A DNA stretch of 15,562 nucleotides from Anthoceros angustus. Taxonomy: Eukaryota; Plantae; Anthocerotophyta. The translations under genes and the position numbers were made by a program. The notes below the pieces were generated by a model that saw only the letters and a program-made list of their open reading frames with translations, had not been told where the DNA came from and made no database searches. How positions within the stretch are numbered: the stretch's first letter is position 1; the number at the start of each line of letters is the position of its first letter. The DNA is taken from positions 1 through 15,562 of the forward strand of contig VJWM01000409.1 of NCBI GenBank assembly GCA_010909165.1, written 5' to 3'. Of this stretch, positions 6,992 to 15,562 are shown piece after piece.

Positions 6992-9010
6992 GTAAGTGAT
7001 ATTAGATTTTGTCTAGATCTTAAAGAAGTTTGTGCATTTCAACTAAATACCAAGACTTTTGTGTTTTTAATAAGACTAGTGTTTCCATACTTATATTACC
7101 AAGGTAATAGAAATGTAAATTGTAATGAGTGTACATAATAGGTCTTTCCAAACTTATATCGAGTAGTGCAGAAATGAGCAACCACATTTTTTATATTTTT
7201 GGGCCGGTATTTATTTGGTTTTGTACATCTTCACTCAAACTCTATTCTTGATCTTTAGATTGTTAGTTTTGTTATTCTTATATTTTAAATTATTCTTATG
7301 GCGATCAAACAATTATACAGATGGATATTACAATTTCCAATGTCCCGGTTTGTTCATATTCGAATAGGAAAGCCCAATGATACAGTACTCCTTTTCAAGA
7401 TGAAGATATAGCAATTGAGCGATTTTAGAATATACAGAACTTGGATGCATCGGAGATTGGACCTTCGCATAAAAGCGACGAAAGAGTTGGAATTTGGCCA
7501 AAAGCCATATTTGGAGATGGTGGATTGTCAGAATTTGCGAATGTCTTGGACTTTGGAGGAGAAGTTGTTCGTGACAAGAGAGGTGATCGAATGGGTGAAG
7601 CCAATGGAGATGGGAAATTTGGCTCAAAATCCAAAATTTGATGGGTGCATATGAGACTAATATAGTGAATATGGATGGTAAATTACTTTTGGTTTTCTTA
7701 AATGGAGTTGGGCTATTTGGGCCATTACCTGGTCAAAAGATGGATCCTATCATATATGATGCAAAGCGTAATGTTGCAGAAACAAAGAATGATAGGATAT
7801 GGGTGATTTATGGTGGCCGGAGAAAGATTGTTGCTTCAAACCTAAGTGAGCTATTGGAGTGAGTAGATGCATTACAATATGATACTCATAAAATGAAAAA
7901 ATAAAAGAACATGATATAAAGATTGTGAGTCATTTATTTTGGCGGTGTTATCAAGTTCAAAAAAAAAAACTTTCAAGTTTGAGCATAGTTTGTGACAAAA
8001 GAGAGAGGCTTTGTTATATCTCCGGTGTCTCCATGCATAGTAGAGTCAAGACTTGTAGTAACCTTTTGTTCTATTGTGACTAAAAGATGTCTCAGAAAGT
8101 TCAAGTTTATATTTCTCCTAGGGCGAGAGAGGAATACTACAAAAAAAATGTACCTGAATACTGGAATCTTACCTCCCTCCTGAAAGCTCGCACACATCAA
8201 CATGATGTTGTTGTTGGTGCTGCTCTTGTCTACCATGAAAGCGCATCTTGATCGCCATGTCGTGCTTTAGTGGTTTCGGGACCCTAAACCCGAATAGACT
8301 TGAGGCATGCATGGTACAAACGTGAAGATGAGAAGTCTATGGTTAGGCACTTGTCAGCCTTGTGCTTACTTTTGCAAAGTAAGCGTGGCGACCATGCCTA
8401 ATGTCTAGATAGTCTCATCAAGCAACAAAAAAAAAAACCACTGCCTTACCGTCTCTTGCGTTTTAAAATCGGCGATCGAGGGGAAGCTCTGCCACACACG
8501 AGGTACACTCAGATTCATGTATAAGCACTTCCTCTGAGCCAGCACAAATTGCTAAACAAATCTAATAGCGAGATATATAGGTGCAAACCAATAACCGGTA
8601 ACAGCAGGAGGAGCGCTGCACATCGTAGTAAGCGCGAGCACACTTTGCTACGCGAGAACAACAACAAATTCCCAACCAATACGCAAATTTCATACATCGT
8701 TTTAGAGTCATAGCTTTGGCACTCCTCACAACACCACTTGCATTGCATATCCTAGAGTGACATGAGTTATGATGCGACTTCTGTTCCAGTAAACTGATTG
8801 CATATTCTTACTTTGCCATTTAGATAAGTAATTGGATTAATTAATGCTAATCAAATACTAAACCCAAGTGGCAGAGTTTAGTATCATACCGGCATGACAC
8901 CCGAGGCCAACGTGCTCGAGACTGAGACGATCACAAAAAGAGGTGAGGGGGTGGGCGGGGGAGGTGGGGGAAGAAGAAGGGGTGGGGAGGGGAGGGGAAG
9001 AAAGAAGTAA

Positions 9011-9229
9011 TGAAATTGTGCGCACCAAGTTTAACTTGATCTTGTGTGTGGTAGCGTGTTTGCTTAGGTGAATATTCATAATTGAATTAGATATATGATT
9101 GTGGATATCACTTTCACTAGGGATCTAACCCGGGCGTGCACACTATATCGAGAATCGTGTAGTAAATGGATTTAAGACCCTGAGGAATGGTTTGACTACG
9201 TCACCTCTTGCTTATTATTCCTAGTTACA
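9011..9229 (+). mobile_element. LTR-like terminal segment (TG...CA) of the tandem unit, copy 1
   Basis: Preceded by a long polypurine tract (8936-9007). Starts TGaaatt and ends gttaCA, followed directly by TGG. Among the best-conserved parts between copies. Confidence 0.4.
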
Positions 9230-11239
9230 TGGGGTTGGGTGGATCGAATAAATTCAAAATTCTAAGCGGGACTTACTAGGTCGACTGACTAACCTGTGTG
9301 CAGGTTACCACTCCGTCGGCCGGCCCTTGATGCGCAACTAAGTACCCGCCAACCCAACGCGTTGTTGGCGGACAAGGTTGGTAGGTGAGCACTGGCTGGT
9401 TTCCAGTAGGCTCCCTCGCTACATCGGTGTGCTGTTTTGAAAACAGTCCCAACCTTATCTTATCTACGAGCCGTTCTACCCTACGAGTTACCCCTTGGCA
9501 CACCATCTGGAACCGTACTCTTCTCACCCACGAAATCTCTCTTCCCCTCAATCCCTCTCTTCTCACATTTCTCGGTTCAAGATAGCACGTTAAGGCTAGC
9601 GACTATTGCAATCACCTCCCAGATGGCCGCATGGCGAAGGAGAGTTAATCGGCGCCTCCTTCGCTTATTTCCCATCACAAATCTGTCACTGTTGGCACCA
9701 CTTTGGTACACTCCACCTCCTCAGCCCACTTGCGAAAGCAGGAACGGGCTCCGGAAGCTCTTGATGCCTACACTCCACCATCCCGTGTTGGGCTACCGTC
9801 CTCACCAAAGCCGGGATGTCGGCCAGTAAGCCACGTCATTCGACTGGCGCTCGGTGACTACTCCAGCAACAACACATTCTATAAACAATGTTAGTGCAAA
9901 TGCTGGATTCGAGACTCATAAGGAAGACTATGATTTGGGGACAGCAACCTCCTCTTATGCCACTATAGCTATGAAGAATTTTGGGCCTCTGTTATACTCC
10001 TTATAGCTGAGGCAGCCATGACCTACTACCTTGTTATTCGCCCCACTCCCTCGCAGCGGTGCTGAGAACACCCAAATCCCTCACGCGACCTATTTGCTGT
10101 GTAGACGTCTATGGCATTGACCCCATTTGGTCCCCTAAGCATTTGGCGGAGTCCCTAGTTGACCCTATTCTCGGCTCATCCCGCCTCGTGGAAGCAGGCC
10201 TGTTTCCTCCCTTCCCCAAAAGGCGGGACCCTCCCTTTGGACTCGGTTGATGCCTGTAATAGGCGCGACTTTCGTGGCGGCCACCAAGCGCCGCGACACC
10301 CCGATGTCGTATGAGTAATGTAACAGAGGTCAGTTCCCAAGAGAATGATAGGTTCTGACGCGTCTGGCACGCCTCAACTGCTTCCCACCTCCTTTACACC
10401 GCCGACCATTTGGGACTCAAACACGCAGCGCTTTTCAGCGGTTTACTACTAACACTAATTTTAACGTCCGCCGACTGTGTTCAAGGGCGGCGTGGCCAAG
10501 CGTTTAAGGACTCGTTAGCGTCGTATCCACTCCGCCCTCTGGATCGGTCCGTTCTCCTCACCACTCTCCCTTTCATCATGCTCTTTGGAAGAGTGGTGGG
10601 TTGCGTGGTCGGGACCTCCGTCGTCGTTAGCCGGGTCTCGTCACGGGCTCTACCGCCCTCCGGGAGTTCCGCCGCTCGCAGCGTTCGGTCGGTAACACGG
10701 TCCCGGCTCTGGAAGAGCGAGGTCTCGATCGTTCGCCCTGCACCACCACGTTGGGTCCATCACGGGACCTTGATCCGGTCTCCGGTACATGGGTGCTGCT
10801 TCGATGACCGGGACTCACGTTAGCAAAAGACTCATGGTCTACAAAGGCGATATCCGCCTTTTACTAGGTAGCCACCTCTTATACTCTGGCCCAAGGCGGC
10901 GCGATCTTTATTACACTCCTATTACGAAAGCCGACTCATTGTGCCTAACTTTGCACTTCTATACCCCCTATTCCGCCCTATCTCGCCGGCGGTGCTGGGA
11001 GTGCCCTTGGTTCCACCTCGGCGGTGGCCCCAATCCCTAGCTTACAGCAGTTGCGGGCGCACCCAATCGGATGATCCAGCGGCGGGCCCTTCCCTTCACG
11101 AGACTGCTCCGGGTTGAGCCACCGGCGATCGACAACGCGGTAACCACCACATCCCCTCTCCGTCCTCTCCGACCTCGGTAGTCCCTCGTGGGACCCCGGG
11201 AGGCTGCTCACTGGCGGTGGTGGTGATTCCCCTCTCCTC

Positions 11240-11545
11240 AGTCCGGACCTCGGGGTCCGGTCAACTCAGATCCCGGGACCTAGAGTCGGTCAGATGACCT
11301 CCAGTCCGGTTCCTCGGTCCGCACTCTGGAGTCAGGACCCTCGAGGTCGGTCTCGACTCGAGTCAGGACCTGGGTCGATTCTCTCCTTCAGGTGGGACCT
11401 CGAGGTCGGTCTCGACTCGAGTCCGGACCTCGGGGTCGGTCATTCAGGTAGGACTATAAAGTCCGTGCCTTATTCCGGTCCGCAATTCGGTCTCGACTGT
11501 TAGGACCTTAGGGTCCGGATCCGGTCTTGCCTAAGGTCCGGACTC
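11240..11545. repeat. Degenerate GC-rich short tandem sub-repeats (ggacctc-g(a/g)ggtcggtctcgac) within copy 1
   Basis: tcgaggtcggtctcgactcgagtc is exact at 11341 and 11400 (59-bp period). Multiple further ggacct cores. Confidence 0.8.
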
Positions 11546-12103
11546 ACGGGGTCTTGAACTTCTCCACCTAGGGTGAGTCCTGGCCCACGGACCCCGCTGG
11601 CCGGATCTTCCGGACTTTCCTCCTCCTGAGGCTCCTCCCTCATTCTGCCTCATCCACAGATAGCGCTACTAAGGTCCCTGAGTGGATCTATCCCGGGACC
11701 TTCATCTCCTCCCCTCCGATCCATCAGGTCAGGCTGATTTGAGGTTGGCTCAGGACCTCCAAGCCTTGAGGGGCTCGGGCGTGGTAGTAGGCAAAGTCTG
11801 GTCGACTTGTTGGATTGCCTCCTCCACATGCGCCGGGCACAGTCTCCCTTCTCCAAAGGTGCTCCAGTTAAGGCTGCTGCTTTTGGACACGTCTCTATCG
11901 CAAGGCCGCCCTTGGAGTTAGGCGGAATCTTGAGGCCACCAAGGATGCCTCTTGTCACTTCTGCGACCTCTGCTGGCACTCGCCCCTGCTCAGGTCTTTC
12001 CGCCCGTTTACGTTGACCAACTTTCCGACCATGGCCTTGACGTTCTCCTTCCGCCTTCCTTGGTTGGACCAGCAACCACTCCGCAGAGCTCTCTCCCCAC
12101 CAT

Positions 12104-12406
12104 TCATCCTTGCTTGAAACTCGCCATCTCCCTTCCCGAGGGTCCGTGACTCAGCCCGCTCCTTGCTTCATCCAAGTCTTTCTCCATCTTGGCGACGTCC
12201 TGCTCCTTGTTTCGCCATCGAACCTCCTCCGCCCTCCAACAGAGCTGGAGCCGCTCTATCTCCCGTTCGTGGTCCTGAATTCTTCCTTGGAGGTCCCCGT
12301 TCCGCTCCACGGTCACTTGGAGCTGCAGCTTCAAAGTCTCCTTGCGGTCTTCCATCTCCTGACGCCGCTCCTCCGTCCTTTGCAGCTGTGCCCGGAGATC
12401 CTCCAT
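12104..12406 (-). CDS. Coiled-coil ORF fragment of the tandem unit (unknown product)
   Basis: MEDLRAQLQRTEERRQEMEDRKETLKLQLQ...HEREIERLQ...VAKMEKDLDEAR is E/R/K/Q/L-rich with heptad-like Leu spacing. The frame stays open upstream (EQCTASRAEEREANNRE). Confidence 0.5.
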   Translation of the reverse strand: MEDLRAQLQRTEERRQEMEDRKETLKLQLQVTVERNGDLQGRIQDHEREIERLQLCWRAEEVRWRNKEQDVAKMEKDLDEARSGLSHGPSGREMASFKQG

Positions 12407-12502
12407 CTCCCGGTTGTTGGCCTCCCTCTCCTCTGCACGGCTTGCCGTGCACTGCTCCCTTGGCAGGCAGAAGAAAGAAGGGGTGGGGGGGGAAAGAAGA
12501 AA

Positions 12503-12708
12503 TGAAATTGTGCACCAAGTTTGTGATCTTGTGTGTGGGCGCGTGTTTGCTTGGGTGAATATTCATAATTAGTTAGATATATGATTGTGGATGTACTTTC
12601 ACTAGGGATCTAGCCGGGCGCACACTATATCCCGAATCGTGTAGTAAATGGTTCGACCCCAAGGGAATGGTTTGTTACGTCACCTCTTGCTTATTATTCC
12701 TAGTTACA
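12503..12708 (+). mobile_element. LTR-like terminal segment (TG...CA) of the tandem unit, copy 2
   Basis: Preceded by a polypurine tract (12467-12502). Starts TGaaatt and ends gttaCA, followed by gg-TGGGGGATC. Shares a 33-bp identical block (tacgtcacctcttgcttattattcctagttaca) with copy 1. Confidence 0.4.
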
Positions 12709-14794
12709 GGTGGGGGATCTAACTGGGTGGATCGAGCACGGTCAGAATTCTCCAGCCCCTTGGGACTTACTAGGTCAATGACCTTCTTTAGGGCTGGTTT
12801 AGGCGCACTCGTCGGCCCGAGCACGTGCGCCAGCTGCTAGCGTTGGCAGTGGCGGACGAGGGAAGTCCACTAGAATGAGCACTTGGTTAGCAGTGAGCTC
12901 TCGCTACATCGGTCGTGCTTTTGAAGCACCCCAAGCGTCATCCATGCCGGTATCTTGTCTACGAGGCAATGATGTTTCTACCCTTGTTGAGGAGATACCC
13001 ATGGCGGCCTTGACCCAGTAGTACTCTCTTCTCAACGCCGTCCTCTTCCCCTCAATCCTCTCTTCTCTGACTTCGTTCCAGGGCCTTGCGTTAAGGCCCC
13101 GACTATTGCAATACCTCCCGGTGGCGCGCATGGCGAAGGAGTGAGTTAATCCGGCGCCTCCCTTGGCCCTCTTGGCGCTAGCTCCCTTCTCAGCCCATCT
13201 CAAAGTGGATTTGGGCGTACTTTGGTACACTTTCGACTCCTCAGCGCCTTGCAGCAGGCCCGAGGCAGCCTCTTGATGCCTACACTCACCATCCGATGTT
13301 GAGGCTCGTCACCAAAAGCCGGGATGTCCCGGCTCGCCCACGTCACTTCAGCCAGCTTTCGCGCCTTTTTGACTCGGGCAACTTCCATTCACAAATGTTA
13401 GATACCGTCTGGATTCGGACTCATAAGGAAGATGTGATTTGGGACATGACAGCCTCGCCTCTTATATAGCTATGAAAGTGCGAGGCCTCTGTTATACTCC
13501 TTATAGCAGTGACTCTGACCATGACTACCTTATTGCATGTCTTCTGCGTACAGGTTTGCTCGGGTGAGAACTTTTCGTCCTCACTGGGTGGCGGCACCTA
13601 TTTGCGCTGTGGCGTCTATGGCATTGACCTGTCCTTGAATCCCACAGTTTGGTGGGCCAGTCCCTAGTTGACCCCTATTCTCGGCTCCCGCCCTCAGGCG
13701 GACAGCCCTTTTCCTTGATCCTCCTCTTCCCCCTCCTTGGCGGGTCCTCCCTTTGGACACCAGCGATATGGTCACCCGAGGGGTGGCTTGCTAATAAGCG
13801 CGACTTTCGGTAATGACGGTAAAGGCGCGCCTGATCCCGTGTCGTTGTATGACGAAAGAATTATCCACGTTCCCAAAGAGAATGATTAGAGTTCGTTTGG
13901 AGGTCTCAAGCGCGTGATTACTCACCTCGCACTTCCACGACCATTTTGAGACTCAAAACACATGCGCGTTCGATGGGCGATAATCTTACCACTAACTACT
14001 CTGCGTCTGCACCGAGCGACAGTGGTATAAATACGTTTGGAGACTCCGTTCGGCTTGTGTCCCTACGATCCGCCCCTACGTTCGTCCGATCCGTTCTCAC
14101 TTCGGGGACCATTACTCTCCCTCGCTCATCGATTCCTTTTGGAAAGATTTGTGGGTGGGTTACAAATGAGTCAGGACCTCGATGGAAAGTCACCTCCGTT
14201 CCACTTGAGTCTCTCGCATCCGGGCTCTACCGCCCTCGGGGTTCCATGCTCCCACGTTCGGTCGTCAACATCGGTCCCCGGCAGGCAAGGTCTCGATCGT
14301 TAAGCCTGCACACACACCACCACCATTAGGGTCCATCCCACGGGGACCTTGATCGGTCTCTCGGGCATGGGTACCTTTCGATGACTCGGGACTCGCGTTA
14401 GCAAAAGACTCACGCTCTGAGCATGGTATCACGCCGCACACTAGAGTAGCCCACCTCCTCTTATCTCTGGCAAAGGCGGCCTTGATCTTTATTACACTCC
14501 TATTACATTTGGTAGCTGACTCATTGTGCCTTTGCCTACTATGCCCTATTCCGCCCTATCGTCGCCGGTGGGGTGCCCTTGGTTCCACCTCGGCGGTGGC
14601 CCAATCCCTAGCCGGCGGTTGCGGCGCGCAGCCGGATGATCGCGGGCCTTCCTGAGACTCTGTCGGGTTGAGCTACGGCGGTGCGACAACCTTGACCTTC
14701 CACATCCTCTCCGTCCCTCTCGACCTCGGTGAGTCCACGCTACGTGGGACCACCGGAGCTACTCACTTCGTGAGTGGGTGGTGATTCCCCTACT

Positions 14795-15000
14795 CCTCAC
14801 GAGTCCGGACCTCGGGTCGATCTCGGCTCCGTCCGGACCTCGGGGTCGGTCTCGGCCTCTGGTCCGGACCTGCCGAGGTCGGTCTCGACTTCAGGACCTC
14901 ATCAGGTCTCGACTCTCTGCTCAGGACCTCGGGGTCGGCCTTCCGGACCTCGGGAGTTCCGGTCTAGGCTCACGGGGGTCGGACCTTGGTCCGGACTCAC
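14795..15000. repeat. Homologous sub-repeat array within copy 2
   Basis: Repeated ggacctcggggtcgg / ggtctcgac units at about 14808, 14836, 14878, 14895 and 14925, with different unit number and spacing from copy 1. Confidence 0.8.
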
Positions 15001-15562
15001 AGTGCCTAAGATGGGACTCACGGGGTCTTGAACCCTTCTCCACTAGGGTTAGTCCTCGCCACGGACCCCCTTTATCTTGGATCTTCAGGACTTTCCTCTG
15101 AGGCTCTCCCTCGGCTCTCCTACTCCACGATGCTACTAAGGTCCCGTGGGCTGCTATCCCCGGGACAGCCGCCCTCCCCTCACGATCCATCAGGAGGTCA
15201 GCCGATTGTGGGGTGCTCCCGGACCTCCAAGGCCTTGAGGAGCTCGGGCGTGGTAGTAGGCAAAGTGCAGATCGACTTGTTGGTGCCTCCTCCACATCTG
15301 GGAGCACCCAGGTCACTCTGTGGTAGGGAGAATCAAGGGGCACTCCCAGGGTCCTCCCACTATGGCGGCCACACTTATCCAGCGCCGTCGTTGGGTTTGG
15401 TCCCATGAGACTTGTGTGAAAGTTCGAGGCCTTGTGGTCACCAATCGCTACTGCAACTCTCGGCCTTCTCAACAAGCAAGGCGCCCTCTCTCCCTCTTGG
15501 TGCACTTGCCTTTGCTTGAAAATCGCCAATCCTCGACCTAGCGACACCCAGTCGCACCGTGG

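Larger units (their letters stand above)
5749..7862 (+). pseudogene. Neprosin-family (DUF4409 activation peptide + DUF239) secreted glutamic peptidase-like gene, six exons; frameshifted in exons 1, 5 and 6 as sequenced
   Basis: Exon 1 5749-5930: signal peptide MTSWLAPVTTSFVVLSVLLLILFFNA ... HAINRPFVKSYK|gtacgt. Exon 2 6099-6182. Exon 3 6355-6606. Exon 4 6803-6991. Exon 5 7142-7206: VFPNLY...QPHFLYFWA, phase 1. Exon 6 7321-~7862: DGYYNFQCPG, VGIWP, DFGGEVV, YGG. All five introns are GT-AG. Motifs are colinear with plant neprosin-family proteins (IIDCV, CPEG, FSLxQxW, IExGW, GxYNxxCxGF, GGEV). Confidence 0.85.
8975..12470. repeat. Copy 1 of a ~3.5-kb tandem repeat unit (unclassified, probably a non-autonomous mobile element)
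   Basis: Colinear anchors with copy 2 at an offset of about 3400-3580: tgaaattgtg 9011/12503, ggcctctgttatactccttatagc 9984/13484, gatctttattacactcctattac 10903/14484, ggactcacggggtcttgaac 11540/15014, ttgcttgaaa 12111/15512. Confidence 0.9.
12471..15562. repeat. Copy 2 of the ~3.5-kb tandem repeat unit, running off the right edge
   Basis: Same anchors as copy 1. Diverged by many substitutions and small indels (roughly 70-80% identity by eye). Confidence 0.9.

Noticed and set aside
8364-8883. Short hairpins gcttacttt-tgc-aaagtaagc (8364-8384) and tactaaac...gtttagta (8856-8883)
   Set aside because: 8-9-bp AT-rich stems are expected by chance, and there is no supporting element context.
9444-9821. 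Minus-strand peptides RHPGFGE (9801-9821) and IRLGL (9444-9458) resembling the CACTA Tnp2 motif HPxF...RNIRLGL
   Set aside because: They are about 110 codons apart instead of adjacent, are not conserved as such in copy 2, and no DDE core or CACTA termini are present.
11815-11855. GDCAR/CGGG on the minus strand as a possible Gag zinc knuckle
   Set aside because: No CX2CX4HX4C spacing in any frame, and it is not conserved in copy 2.
12110-12566. Overlapping ORFs 12110-12505 (+), 12163-12558 (+) and 12168-12566 (-)
   Set aside because: Alternative frames of the GC-rich coiled-coil region. Their low-complexity translations are less protein-like than 12104-12406.
14424-14431. tggtatca as an initiator-Met tRNA primer-binding site
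   Set aside because: Only 8 nt, continues cg rather than gagc, is not next to an LTR end, and is absent at the equivalent position in copy 1.

Overview
Eukaryotic land-plant nuclear DNA, most likely hornwort (inferred from the GRP-type DYW variant). Left to right: (1) 1-2089, an intronless PLS-class PPR gene of 15 motifs ending in a DYW:KP domain (KKPAVA ... HAEKLA ... CSDCH ... GCCSCKGRP*), the subclass associated with reverse U-to-C organellar RNA editing, broken as sequenced by about seven indels; (2) 2950-4523, two related, decayed LTR-like segments; (3) 5042-5423, a (GAGTT)n microsatellite; (4) 5749-7862, an AT-rich six-exon neprosin-family (DUF4409 + DUF239) peptidase gene with intact GT-AG splice sites and both catalytic Glu motifs, also frameshifted; (5) about 8890-15562, a head-to-tail array of an unidentified GC-rich ~3.5-kb unit (one full copy, one running off the window, one stub) with LTR-like ends and degenerate ORFs on both strands but no recognisable RT, integrase or transposase. 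Many frameshifts lie in homopolymer runs, so long-read indel error is a serious alternative to pseudogenisation. Percent identities and GC values are by-eye estimates, not computed.
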